Source: Malacoraja senta (taxonomy: Eukaryota). Taken from it: DNA of 64,000 nucleotides. The notes beneath the pieces were generated by a model. The model did no database searches. It worked only from the letters and a program-made list of their open reading frames with translations, and had not been told where the DNA came from. Position 1 is the stretch's first letter, and every line of letters begins with the position of its first letter. The stretch is from contig CM075997.1 in NCBI GenBank assembly GCA_038087875.1, forward strand, positions 8,124,001-8,188,000, read 5' to 3'. Shown piece after piece: positions 47,230 to 60,248 of the stretch. A program made the position numbers and the translations under genes.

Positions 47230-48250
47230 TAGCGGCCAGTTATGTCACAAACGATCCATCCTGAGCTAAATGATTGGATACAAAATTTGTGTCTGAGATC
47301 GAGGTAGTCGTTTTTTTCAGATTGGAGGCCAGTAACCAACGGTGAGCCACAGCGATCGGTGTTAGGTTCACGCTGCCTCATCATCTAGCTTAACAATTTG
47401 GATGAGAATGCAGCTGGTGTGTAAGCTTGCTGATGATGCCAGAGGTGGTGCAGATGGGACAGGGGCAATGTTATATGAGAGCACACAAGGAACTAGAACA
47501 ATTACGAAATGCACCAATGAATGTCAGATGGAAATTAATCTGCACTATTGCGAAGTGTTGCATTTTGGAAGGACCTACCCAGTGAAAGGCAGGGAACAGG
47601 AAAGCATTTTGAAATAGAGACCAGATGGGTCATGTACATTACTCCCTGAACGAGGCGACGCAAGGAGACAGGTACCGGAAGAACAGTTTGGCACGCTCCT
47701 CTACATCGGTGAGGTCACGCTGTAAAAGATTTGAGAAGTCATGATACAAATGTAAAAGATAACAATACTTTTGGAATCGTGCGTAGTTTTAGTCGACGAG
47801 AGAAAGGGGTATGTGATTACGCTGGAAAGGCTGCAGAATTAATTCGCAAACATGTTAGCTGGACTCGAGCGCATGACTGATAAGAAGAGACTTGTGACGG
47901 TGTACAAATGCTTGTGCGTGAATAGCTTAGCAACATTAGACGTGTCTTTACATTCATGAAATGTGTAGGCAACATGAATTGTCACGGATTGTCCCGCAGC
48001 GTATGGGAGACTAATCATGAACGACGCACAGTTAAGTCAAGGACGGAAATATTCAATGGGGATCTGGAAGGACAATATTTGGTGGATAATAGAACAAGGT
48101 GCGAAAGAATTGGAGGAGAAGCGAACAGTTACGACGTTTAAATATTTAAGCAGATACACAGACACGAAATGCATCGAGGTGCATGGGGCAAAGGCGGGTC
48201 CCTGGGTATTAATAGCCGCGGAGGAAGAGTTAGGTATAAGGGCCTGTTGT
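47230..48250 (+). mobile_element. Highly degraded CR1 fragment
   Basis: CKLADDARGG..CQMEINLHYCEVLHFGRT in ORF 47402. Confidence 0.65.
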
Positions 48251-48334
48251 CGTGCTGCTGTGAATGAGATCGCGCGGAATGACAACAATGATTGGTGGTA
48301 TTCACCTAATCATGTATTGGCGTTGTTGCCGTAG

Positions 48335-48745
48335 GAATTAAAACAACAAAGTAAATCTTGCTTTCATCACGCTGCTGCGATTTTGTACTCCGGGATGTAC
48401 AATAGTAACCGTGCAAAGTTGTTACTTAGCACTGCTTTGTTTATTCTTTATTTGTAGCTGTCCATCGCGGCACAAACTTGCAACATGTTTTGTTTTGTAG
48501 GTCGATAGCATTTCGTGAACTGGCGTCCTCCTGTGGCCTTTTTAACCAAGGTGAAGTCTCAGCTGATCCTGTCCCACATATGAGCCGGAATTGGAAATCA
48601 ATATTTTCCGTCAAAGAAGACTACGGATTCTGATATTGTTACCACGTCTTTCTCGTTTACTACGTGGTATTGATCTGTATATCCAGCCCCTTTAAAACAC
48701 CCATATGTAATTATTCCGAAGCTCTTACTGGATATGCAAGTGTGA
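48335..48745 (+). CDS. Candidate cytoplasmic-tail exons (48335-48350, 48501-48550, 48687-48745)
   Basis: Phase-compatible AG/GT chain from TM-B gives GIKTTKSIAFRELASSCGLFNQAPLKHPYVIIPKLLLDMQV*, with AATAAA at 48792-48797. It lies in an apparently non-repeat island, but there is no homology support. Confidence 0.33.
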
Positions 48746-48849
48746 ACTGGACAACCTCGATAACATCTACGTTAATAACACTGATTTATGGAATAAAGGA
48801 TTCATGTTTTATCAATGTGGCTGGTAGACTTTGAGTACATTGGCCCCAC

Positions 48850-49480
48850 AGGGCAGCATATTGGCGCAACAGTAGAGTTGTTGCCTTACAGCGCCGGAGA
48901 CACGGATTCGATCCTTACCACGGGTGCCGCCTGGTTCTTGGTCTTCCAAAATATTCCAAATGGAATTTAGACTGGAGGTGGTGGAGGGAGGACTTAAGCC
49001 AGAAAGGGGTTTTGGGAAGAAAGAGCTACCTTAAATTTAGTTGCATCTGGTTGGGTAACTAAAGTAGGGTGGAGATTATTCCAGGCTTTAATTGTGCGGG
49101 GGAAGAACGAATTGCTGTACACATCTGTCTTGGTAGCTGGAATCAAAAATTGGATCGAATGCCCTCGTCTGCTCCTAATTGGTTTGGGTTTGGTGTAGGT
49201 CTTGTAATCTATGTCGAGCTGACCATTTAACATTTTGTAAAAACAGGTCAAACGGTGAGCTTCACGTCTGTCTTGGCGAGGGTTCCACCCCCGAGAATTC
49301 CTGTATGGAGTGTCTACGTTCTCTATGTACAGACCTCCAGAGACGTACACGTTTGTGGGCTAATTGGCTTTGGTAAATTGTAAAATTACACTTCGTGTGT
49401 ACAGGTCTGTGATCGGCGTGGAATCGGTGGACCGAAGGGCCTGTTTCCACACGGTATCTCTAAAGTCTTAAAGTCTAAAG
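48850..49480 (+). mobile_element. HE1-like tRNA SINE split by a LINE insertion
   Basis: Head tggcgcaacagtagagttgttgccttacagcgcc..ggattcgatcc resumes at 49300 and ends gaagggcctgtttcc..(ctaaagt)n; cctg is present at both junctions. Confidence 0.8.
48934..49299 (-). mobile_element. 3' end of a CR1/L2-group LINE (Crack/Daphne-like)
   Basis: RLTCFYKMLNG..NSFFPRTIKAWNNL..FKVAL C-terminus in ORF 48994-49350. Confidence 0.7.
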
Positions 49481-49504
49481 TGAGTTTCAAAAATTAACTC
49501 GTAT

Positions 49505-50090
49505 CAATAGACAATAGATAATATACAATAGGTGCAGGAGTAGGCCATTCGGCCCTTCGAGCCAGCACCGCCATTTAATGTGATCATGGCTTATCATCCC
49601 CAATCAGTACCCTGTTCCTGCCTTCTCCCCATGTCCCCTGACTCCGCTATTTTTAAGAGCCCTATCTAGATCTCTCTTGAAAGCATCCAGAGAACCTGCC
49701 TCCACCGCCCTCTGAGGCAGTGAATTCTACAGACTCACAACTCTCTGTGAGTAAAAGTGTTTCCTCTTCTCCGTTCTCAATGGCTCACTCCTTATCTTAA
49801 CCTGTGGCCCCTGGTTCTCGACTCCTCCAACATCGGGAACATGTTTCCTGCCTCAAGCGTGTCCAAACCATTAACAATCTTATATATTTCAATGAAATCT
49901 ACTCTCATCCTTCTAAACTCCAGGGCGTACAAGCCCAGCCGCTCCATTCTCTCAGCATATGAGAGTCCCGCCATCCCGACAATCAACTCCCTCAATAGCA
50001 AGAATGTCCTTCATCAAATTAAGGGACGAAAACTGCGCACAATACTCGAGATGTGGTCTCACTAGGGCTCTGTACAACTGCAGAAGGACC
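49505..50090 (-). mobile_element. CR1 3' fragment
   Basis: (caataga)n tail and MAGLSYAERMERLGLYALEFRRMR. Confidence 0.88.
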
Positions 50091-50747
50091 TATGAATATT
50101 GTAATTTTGTTCGGCAATTTGCCGGCATGGACCAAATAGCCGGTCTCCCACTGCATATCTCTATAACTGCACCTTTGGTCATGTCATTCTGTCACAATAA
50201 TACCTTGATACAACACGTAGGTAATGACGTTAGTTTTATTTTCGATGCGGGACTGATGGAGTACGACCAAAATCAGATGCAAACATAGCTGCAGAGATGT
50301 ATGCTGACGCAATTACAACCCCACACGCTCACGTATATACGTCTCGACAAAAAACGAACACGAACACAGATACACGCAGAGGCGCGTTTTATCCTTAGTT
50401 CTCTGCCGTCGAATCGTAATTGCAATGCTATTTGATCTGAGAGCGGAATAAATGTCTGCATTGAGTAAATAGCATGAGTCGTATTAGAGCAAGAGGAGAA
50501 AAGAAAGACAGAAAGAAGAAAACCGACGAAAGGAAGGAACATGTGCGCGATTCAAAAAACAGTAAAGGGCGATCTCATAAGTAAAGTTCTGAATTGCACC
50601 AAGGACAACATTGAGGACATTAGGCACGAATTTAGTGAAATTGTCTGGCCTACCTTCTTGACGGAAAAGCGTTCGGAAAGTGGGATGCTTTTCAAATTGT
50701 GATGGTGAAGATTCAGAGACCATTTACGACTTTTACTGAAGCCAATT

Positions 50748-51780
50748 AGATACATAGAAACATAGAAAATAGGTGCAGGAGGAGACCATTCGGCCCTTCA
50801 AGCCAGCATATGTTTTTATAAGATCCGCCCTCATACTTCTAAACTCCAGTGAATACAAGCCTAGTCTTTTCAATCTTTCCTCATATGACAGTCCCGCCAT
50901 CCCAGGGATCAATCTCGTGAACCTACGCTGCACTGCCTCAATCACAAGGATGTCCTTCCTCAAATTAGGAGACCAAAACTGTATACCATACTCCAGATGT
51001 GGTCTCACCAGAGCCCTATACAACTGCAGAAGAACCTCTTTACTCCTATACTGAAATCCTCTTGGTATGAAGGCCAACATTCCATTAGTTTCCTTCACTG
51101 CCTGCTGTACCTGCACGCCAACTTTAAATGACCGCTGTACAAGGACACCCAGGTCTCGCTGTACTCCCCATTACCTAACCTAACCCCATTGAGATAATAA
51201 TCTGCCCCCTTGTTTTTGCCGCCAAAGTGGATAACCTCACATGTATCTATATTATACTGCATCTGGCACGCATCTGCCCACTCACTCAACCTGTCCAGAT
51301 CACCCTGCAACCTGCTAACATCCTCTTCACAGCTCACACTGCCACCCAGCTTTGTGTCATCCGCAAACTTGCTAGTGATGCTCCTAATACCCTCTTCCAA
51401 ATCATTAATATAAATGGTAAACAGTTGCGGCCCCAGCACCGAGCCTTACGGCGCTCCACTCTCCACTGCCTGCCATTCTGAAAAGGACCCGTTCACTCCT
51501 ACTCTTTACTTCCGGTCTGCCAACCAATTTTCTATCCACCCTACCCCCAATACCATGTGCTCTAATTTTTGTCATCAGTCTCCCGTGCGGGACCTTATCA
51601 AAGGCTTTCCAAAAGTCTAGATACACTACATCCACTGGCACCCCTTCATCCATTTTACTTGTCACATCCTCAAAAACGTCCAGAAGATTAGTCAAGCATG
51701 ATTTCCCTTTCTTAAATCCATGTTGGCTTGGACTAATCCTTTTACTGCTATACAAATGCCCCATTATTACCTCTTTAATA
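50748..51780 (-). mobile_element. CR1 RT fragment with an internal deletion
   Basis: QHGFKKGKSCLTNL, KFADDTKLGG and RPHLEYGIQFWSP, joined directly to the 3' tail. Confidence 0.9.
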
Positions 51781-52199
51781 CTCCTTTTAACTTTGCCCTT
51801 CTGAAACAAAGCTATGCCTCTTGTATTTTATATTCCCATCCCGTGGAAAAGTTTCAGATACATTAGCCTATCTATGCCTATCGTTCTTACAATCGCCTCA
51901 TCTTCCCGCAGGCTCCTGCGTTCCGGACAACACAATCCTCGTCTGCTCAACCTCTCTCTGTAGCTAATCCCGTGGTCCGAAGTGTAGCGAATACACTTTA
52001 ATGCAGAATAACAGGAGTTGCTGCATTTTTGGAAGTCAAGCCAGGGCAGGGCCTATACATTGAGTGATAGGCCCCTGGTGATTGTTACACAGCAGAGTGG
52101 TCTAGGTTTCCTTGGAAATGGCGTCACAAGTATATCGGGTTGTATGGAAAGTATTTGGTGCATTGGCCTTCATCAGTCCGTATACTGAGTATAAAATAT

Positions 52200-52662
52200 G
52201 TAAGAAGGAACTGCAGATGCTGGATTAAACTGAAGATAAACACAGATAACTCAGCGGTTGATTTACTCCAGCTTTTTATGGTCTGATCCGCTGAGTTACT
52301 ACAGCTTTGTGTGTGTATATTCGGGTTAAAACGGCATATGCAGTTCCCTCCTACACATTTCATATGCTCCACTGCAAAATCTCCTCAAGGTATGACTTCT
52401 TTGAAGAAGTTCTCCTGTTCACTAGGACCAGAGGTCTGCAACATCCTCTCTCGTTGCTCCCCCTCTGCGATTCATCGTGCTCTCTGACTCATTAATTGTG
52501 CTATATATAGTATATCTTCCTATATCACCGTCTACATCTCTCGTTTTCTTTTCCCCTAACTCTCAGCCTGAAGAAGGGTCTCGACCCGAAACGTCACTTA
52601 TTTATTTTCTCCAGAGATGCTGTCCGACCCGCTGAGTTACTCCAGCATTTTGCGTCTATCTT
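52200..52662 (+). mobile_element. Penelope derivative: inverted pLTR tails, ORF start remnant and hammerhead-bearing pLTR
   Basis: 52200-52260 is inverted relative to 52285-52352. ctcaaggtatgacttctttgaagaagttctcc matches the Penelope ORF start region near 15040. A pLTR occupies 52500-52662. Confidence 0.75.
52568..52595 (+). ncRNA. Minimal hammerhead ribozyme motif (consensus core)
   Basis: CUGAAGA-A-GGGUC-UC-GACCC-GAAAC-GUC. Confidence 0.8.
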
Positions 52663-53214
52663 ATTGAGTATAGAAGATGGAGCGCTATGATACATATGTA
52701 CAATGTGTTAGCGAGGCCATATTTGGGGTGCTGTGTTCAGTTTTGGACACCCTGCTATCAGAAGAATGCTATTAAGCTGGAAAGAGTGCAGGAAAGATTG
52801 ATGAGTATGATGGCAGGGCGCATACTGCCGTAACGTCATGTGATAGGAGTAAAATTATGCCATTAGGCCGATGAAGTCTACTCCGCCATTCAATCATGGC
52901 TGATCTATCTCTCCCTCCGAACCCCATTCTCCCGTCTTCTCCCCATAACCTCTGACACCTGCACTAATCAAGAGTCTATCTATCTCAGTAGAAAATATCA
53001 ACTGACTTGGCCTCCACAGCTTCCTCTGGCAAAGAATTTCACAGATTCACCATCCTCTGAATAAATACATTGCCCCACATCTCCTTCCTAAAAGAGCGCC
53101 ATTTAATTCTGAGGCTATGGCCTCCAGTTTTTACCAGCGCCTTATATAGCCTCAACATTACATCCCCGTTTTTGTACACAAGCCCTCTTGACATAAATGC
53201 TGGTAATGAGTTTG

Positions 53215-53760
53215 CAATGGAATACTTTATTGTCACAGTAAAGTACTTTGCTTGCATAGCCAATGTATACAAATGGCAGTCACCTACGGCACCAAAACAG
53301 CGGTTCCATTGTCCTTTGTTCTCCAATCCTCCCCACTTCCCCAATTTTCAATTGTTCTCCCTCATCTCACTCACGGCGGCCCCCATTGTTCTTCCCCTCC
53401 CCCTCCCGGTGGACCCTCGACGCTCTCATCGACTGTTGACCATCGATGTATCGCCGCCGCCGCGAGGCTTCACTACGGCCGGGGCCCCATCGTCGTGAGG
53501 CTTCATCGCTACCGCCGCCGAGGGCTCGCCGCTGTCGACGCCCCACTTCACGCCTCCGTGGTGCCGACCCGGGCCCCAGCCGCGGGCTCTTTTGACAGCA
53601 TCGCCGACGCGGAAAACGACCCACGAGGAGCGGCTCCTCCAACCGACCCGCGAGGCGCCTACTGGGCCCAGAACCGGGCATCTACGCGGCGATCCGGGAG
53701 GCATGAACCGCGCGGCGCATCAATAAAGGCCATCAGCCGCGTTCCCAGTCCACAGCCGTG
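53215..53760 (-). mobile_element. GC-rich non-autonomous element with a Rex1-like tail
   Basis: The reverse complement ends gtgacaataaagtatt; the body is CpG-rich with no recognisable protein. Confidence 0.45.
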
Positions 53761-53784
53761 AGTAGTCGGAAAGATTTCGGGACG

Positions 53785-55023
53785 GGACTTGAGGGGAAGG
53801 GGGGGGGGACATCCCCTCCATGTTTTGATAGGCGGGGGACAATCCCCGCCATGTTTTGTAATCCGGATTTTGAAATTCGGTGAAAAAAAATCTATTAAAA
53901 TCTCCGCAATCCGCGAGAGCGTGGGGTTGTCACTGTTACGCGCTGGTTAAATGACTCCAATAACGTAGTATTAACACGATGTGTCATCAATTGTGTTTTG
54001 ACATTCAAGTATTGCTAAAGGTATTCACGGAGAATTTCTTAAAGCCGTCTGATGCGGGTAAAATTGCCATTTGAAATAATTGGATGTATTGGTGGGTGGG
54101 AAATATTTAAACGAGTATCGGATTTAAACGGGTCAAGTCATTATGCTCCGGTCGAACCGGTTTCCTTGCTCGCTTGCAGGTAAGTCCCTCATTCAGGTCA
54201 CTCAAGTTATTTAGTATTGTTTTCCCATATCTCTCTCCCTCTCCCTCCTCCAAGGTTGGTTCTTCTGCTTGTCTTTATTTATTTCAGGTTGATTTGTTTA
54301 AGTGTTATTTATCACATTGTTGCTTTTGAAAGATTCAAGCGGATATGAGACGCTTTCTATGGGCTGAATCGGCCCGTTCGCGGCGCCTTTCATCGCCCGG
54401 CGCGGCTTAAAATCAAACTGCTGTGTCGAGGCGTCGAGGTTCCCGATGTTGAAACACCCGCCGGCCGATTTTAAGCCGCGCCGGGGGATAAAAGGCCCCG
54501 CGAACGGGCCGTTTCAAGCCCCACGGTACGGGGTAGAGGGAGCTGCTGTTTCTGGAATCTGGATTCGGTCACCAACCAGGTCAGCTCCCGAAGGTAGACA
54601 AAAATACTGAAAAAACTCAGCGGGTGAGTCATCATCTATTGGGCGAAGGAATAGGTGACGTTTCGGGTAGAGACCATTCCTCAGATCTGGTCTGAGGAAG
54701 CGTCTCGACCCGAAACGTCACCTATTCCTTCGCTCCGTGAATGCTGTCTGATGCTACCTGTCAAATGCTGCCTGACCCGCTGAGTTTCTCCAGCATTTTG
54801 GCTACCTTCGATTTTTCCAGCATCTGCAGTTCTTTCTGAAACAGATCAGCTCCCGGTGTTACCGTCCACAGGGCCCACGGCTGAAGCATCCAAAGCCTCG
54901 AATTTGTGCGCATGCGCATTTGCGCGCGCGTGTATCTGTGTGTGTGTTTGCGCGCATACGCGTGCGCGGGGCTGCCAAGGAATTGTCCCCCCCCCCATGT
55001 TTTGATAGCGATTTCCGCCCCTG
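53785..55023. mobile_element. Probable non-autonomous DNA transposon remnant with nested inserts
   Basis: Subterminal direct repeats ccatgttttg(atag) near 53818, 53849 and 54995. The right end gatttccgcccctg is TIR-like; no left TIR was found. Confidence 0.4.
54591..54843. mobile_element. Palindromic twin-hammerhead element (two inverted Penelope pLTR tails)
   Basis: Minus-strand core at 54657-54684 (CUGAGGA-A-UGGUCUCUACCC-GAAAC-GUC) and plus-strand core at 54692-54719 (CUGAGGA-A-GCGUCUCGACCC-GAAAC-GUC), separated by 7 nt. The arms are complementary over about 95 bp. Confidence 0.88.
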
Positions 55024-55747
55024 GCGCGGACCGTCAGGTAGCCTTCCTTACTATCGATTCGACTTTCAGATTAACTTGTTATGAATCTTGCACCAGCAGT
55101 CCCAAGTCCCTTTGCACATCTGATTTCTGGATTATCTCCCCATTGAGAAATTAGTCTACGCCTTTATTATTGCGATCAAAATGCATGACTCCACACTATA
55201 TTCCATCTACCACTTCTCCCCCAGTCTCCCAACCTGTCCAAGTCTTTCGGCAGAGACCCCGCTTTCTCTACACTTCGTGCCCTTCAATCCATTTTCGTAT
55301 CATCCGCACATTTGGCCATAAAGCCATCAAACCATTCTTCCAATGCACGTGAAGAGTAGAGGCCCCAGCAGCGACCCCTGCGGAACTCCACTAGTCACAC
55401 GGGGCTAACCAGAAAAAGCCCTCTTGTAGCCATTTTGTCTTCTGCCATCCAGCCAAACTTGCTAGTATCCGCCCTTTTATACCATGGGCTCTCATCTTCC
55501 TTAGTAGCCTCACTTGTGGCACGCATTATCAAAGGCCTTCTAAAATGGTAGTAAACACAATATACTGACTCTGCAATGGATCTACAATCTACAATCCTTT
55601 GCAATGGATACTAACATCTTGCCAACCAGCAAAGTCAGACGAACCGGCTTATAGTTCAGATTATTCTGCTTTGCTCCCTTCTTGTGCATTCTTATAATGT
55701 TGGCAAATTTCCAATCATCTGGGACCGCTCCTGTCTCTATTGCTTAT

Positions 55748-56064
55748 TGAAATATCACTGTCAATGGCTGCACAATCTCTAAAGCCACAATTTCAGATCA
55801 CTAGGGTGCAGTCCACCAGCTCCAGATGACTTATTCACCTTCAGCCCTTCCAGCTTCCCAAGCTCCTTCTCCCTATTAATAGCCAGTCCACTAACTACCA
55901 CCCCCAACTCTCTTGAATTTCAGGCACGTTGCTGGTGACTTCCACTGTGAAGACTGATGACATAAAGTTATTCAACTCCTTTGCCATTTCGTTATTCCCC
56001 TCATCACTTCTCGCGCATCATTCTCCAGCTTTTGACGCCCGTTCTTGCCTCTTTCTAACTTTAT
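55748..56064 (+). repeat. Left copy of the 317-bp direct duplication flanking the L1
   Basis: Matches 62324-62640 without gaps; I count 3 substitutions. Confidence 0.95.
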
Positions 56065-56457
56065 TTTATTTTTTTTAATTTTTATTTATTAGAAGTACAT
56101 TACATTACAAGCACATACATTAGTACTCGTCATTTATATCTTCTTACAATTAATGTACTCCATTTATTTTTTACACTAGAAAAGGAAAAGATTGAAAGAA
56201 AGAAGAAAGTGAAGGAAAAAGTGAAAGTGTAGGAAATGTGACAACAAAAAAGGACGAAGACCCTATAAGAGCAAAATTAAAAACAAAAGAAAAAGAGTTA
56301 AGAAATAGACCCTAGGAAAGAAAGAAAGAGAGAAAGAGGAAAAAGAGAGAAACAAATATTTTTATGAGCATTACGTAAATGGGACATACCAACTCTTCAA
56401 CTATCATCCCCCCTTACCTGACCTCAAAATTTTTTTTTTTTTAAGTACTTTTGCACC

Positions 56458-59400
56458 CTATGTTTGTAATAATTCTATAAATGCAGACCACGTCAGGTGG
56501 AAGTGATCTGGTTTACCTGCTAGGAGGAGTCTTATCTCTTCTAGGTGTAATGTTTCAAACATATTTGAAATCCACATATTTATAATTGGTATTGGAGCCT
56601 TCTTCCAAAATTTTAGAATTAGCTTTTTTCCAATTATTAACCCATAGTCCATTAGTTTCTTTTGAAACACATTTAGTTCTGGACCATCTTCCGTTATACC
56701 GAAGATAATCCATTCTGCTTTGGGTATCAGTCTTGTTTTAAATAACTTTGTAAAGATTTCAAAAATTTCATTCAAAATTTTTTGAATTTTTGTACAGAAA
56801 ACGAATGAGTGCGCTATAGTAGCTTCTTGGGATTTACATTTATCACAAATAGATGATACATTTGGGAACATTTTATGAATTTTAGTTTTCGAATAATATA
56901 ATCTATGTAAAATTTTAAATTGTATTAAAGTGTGTCTTACATTAATCGAGCATTTATGCACGTTTAATAAGTATTCATTCCAACTTTCCTTTGAAATTTT
57001 AATAGCTAACTCTTGTTCCCAGTCTCTTCTGATACCCTCCGTAGGTGGTATTTGTACATTTAAGATAATATTATGCAAATATGATATTAAGTTTGCTGAT
57101 TCCGCTTTTATCTGCATTGCCTCGTCCAATACATCTACTGTGTTATTATAATGATCTTTTGTATATTTTTTCAAATAGTCGCATATTTGAAAATATTTAA
57201 AATATTGATTATTTCCGAGTTTATATTTTATTTGTAATTGTTGAAATGAAAGTAATTTTCCAGTTTCATACAAGTCACCAAGCGTTTTAATTCCTAATCT
57301 ATCCCATTGTGTATAAGCTTTATCTATAATAGAAGGATTAAACGAAGGGTTATTGACTATAGGTAATAAAAGTGATACATTTCTTAATTTTAAATTTTGT
57401 TTTATTTGTTTCCAAATTCGGATTGTACTATGAATAATTTGGTTCTTATTATAATTTATGTTTTTCAGTTTCATTGGAGAGAGGAGGATCGCTCCAATGT
57501 TTCTAGAGGAGCAATCCTTTTTCTCCATTACAATCCAGTCCACTTGCTGGGCGGAGTTATCCATCAGTTGAATCATATTTTTAATATTTACTGACCAATA
57601 ATAATACATAAAATTAGGTAGTGCTAAACCCCCTAATAGTTTAGGTTTATTCAGATGAGTTTTTTGTATTCTATGTGATTTATAGTCCCATATAAAATTA
57701 GTGATATCTGAGTCGAGTTTTAAAAAAAACTTCTTTGGTAAGTATATAGGAATTGATTGAAATAGGTATAAAATTTGTGGTAAAAAGATCATTTTTATTG
57801 CGTTTATTCGGCCTATTAAAGACATCGGGAGCGTTTTCCAGAATTTAATTAGTGTGTTTAATTTATTAAGTAAGGGGTCAAAATTTGCCCTAAACATACC
57901 TTGATATGATCTGGTAGTTTCGATTCCCAAATATTTAAATTTTTCTGTAGCTATTTTAAAAGGGAATTTTAAAAGATGTGTTGAATCTTTCGGTTTTATT
58001 GACATAATTTCACTTTTATTCCAATTTATTCTATATCCAGAAAAAGATCCAAAGTCTTCAATTAAATTTAATATATTTGGTATAGTGATTTGAGGTTTTG
58101 TAATGTACAGTAATATATCATCTGCGTATAAAGATATTTTATTATATGAATCTTTAGTATTATATCCATGGATATCAGGGTGTATTCTAATTTTTTCTGC
58201 TAGCGGTTCAATAATGAGAGCAAACAGCTGTGGTGATAATGAGCATCCTTGTCTATTTCCCCTTGATAGTTGGAATTTCGAGGATAATATGTTATTAGTT
58301 AGTATTCTAGCTGAAGGTTTGTTATATAGTAACTTGATCCATAGAATAAAATTCTCCCCCAGTTGAAATTTTTGTAATACTTTGTCCATATAATTCCATT
58401 CTACTTGATCAAATGCTTTTTCAGCATCCAGCGAAATAATTGATAATTCTTGATCTTCAGATTTGTGTGAGTGCATTATGTTGAGTAGACGTCTCATATT
58501 GTTAGATGAGTATCTCTTAGGGATAAACCCCGTCTGATCTGGGTTTATTAATTTACTAATGTATTTACTTAATCTTCTAGCTAATGTTTTCGCTAATATT
58601 TTTTGATCTGTGTTTAACAATGCTATAGCTCTATATGAACCAGGTTCTTCTAAGTCTTTATTTTTCTTAGGTATTAATGTAATCGTTGATTCCGCTAATG
58701 TATCAGGTAGTATTCGTTTTTTAAAAGCATATTGGTACATTTTTTGTAATCTTGGTATTATTTTATCATAAAAGCCTTTATAAAATTCATTAGTAAATCC
58801 GTCAGGGCCTGGTGTTTTTCCATTCTTTAGTGAGTTTATTGTATCTTCTAATTCCTTAATTGAGATTTGTGCACCCAGTTCCTCTTCTTCCTTCAGCTCT
58901 AACTTTGGAAGATTACAGGTATCCAAGAACTTTGTGATATTATTGGAATCAATTGTCGTTTTAGATGTATACAAATTCTCATAAAATTGCGCAAATCTAT
59001 TATTAATATCCTTTGGTGTTGTTAATAATTCCCCTTTATCTGATTTGATCTTTGGTATAGTATGTTCCTTTTCTCGTTTTTTTAGCTAGCGAGCCAAATG
59101 TTTATGCGGTTTATCCCCAAATTCAAAGTGCTCTTGTTTTGTAATTTGAAAAAGTCTTATAAGTTTGGCAGATAATAATTTATTTAATTTAAATTTCAAA
59201 ATTATTATTTTATTATGTTTATCTATTGATGGATCTTTAGCATTATCTATATCCATTTGTCTAATAAGTTCTTCTAACTGTCTTTGTTCATTCTTATTCT
59301 TTTTATTTTGAAAAGCTTGATATGAAATTATAATACCCTAATGTATGCTTTAAAAGATTCCCATAATACAGTAGGTGATATATCTGGAGTATCATTTATT

Positions 59401-60248
59401 TGAAAAAAGACCTCCATTTGTTCTTTTAAATAAATACTCGCTTGTGGATCTTTTAGAATTTGAGAATTAAATCTCCAAAACGATTTATTTTTAGACAATC
59501 CTTCCAGTTTTAAAAAGAAAGTTAGTGGAGAATGGTCTGAAATCGAGTTTGTGTGGTATATTGCATTAGATGTTTGGGGGATTAATTTTGTATCCTGCAG
59601 AAAGTAGTCTATACGTGAGTATGTCTTATGTACCATTGAGTAAAACGAGTATTCCCTGCCAGTTGGATTAACAATTCTCCAAACATCTGCTATATTAGTG
59701 TTGTTTATATAGGTATTGAGAAGTTCCCCAGTTTTCGATTTCATATTCCCTCTCTGTTTTTGACTTGATTTATCTAAGTACGGATCTAAAACACAGTTAA
59801 AGTCTCCTCCTATTATAACATTTTGATAGTTTGACTCTGCAATTATGTTGAAAATTTTATTGAAAAAGTGGGGGTTATCAAAGTTAGGGGCATATATATT
59901 TACCAAAGTAAGTGGAGTGTCATGGATTTCTCCATTAACTATTAGGTATCTCCCTTCTATATCTGTTATAATATTCTTTGCTTTAAATGGTATACCTTTT
60001 CTTATGATGATTGACGTGCCTCTAGATTTTGAAGTAAATGAAGAATGGTATGTTTGACCTATCCATTTCGCCCTCAACCTAACTTGATCCTGAGATTTTA
60101 GGTGTGTTTCTTGTAGGAAGGTAATGTCGGAGTTGTACAATTTCAGCTGAGCTAGTATCTTACCCCTTTTAATAGGTTCGTTAATACCTCTTATATTCCA
60201 ACTACAAAATGAGATTCCTCCTAGGTTCTTTTGTGTGGTGTCATGCAT
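56458..60248 (-). pseudogene. L1 ORF2 (APE endonuclease + RT) with one frameshift and one nonsense codon
   Basis: SWNIRG, LQETH, GGDFN, SRIDY and SDHS; PGPDGF, LDAEKAFD, QGCSLSP and YADD; CxxC..H...C. One base is missing at ccc 59336-59338 (IRG becomes IRV*), and there is a TAG at 59088-59086 (ARQL becomes AR*L). Confidence 0.93.

Noticed and set aside
50250..50398. Open segment with MYADA and VYTSR tyrosines as a last exon
   Set aside because: No AG acceptor at the expected position (tgcgg), and the motifs do not fit ITIM or ITAM consensus.
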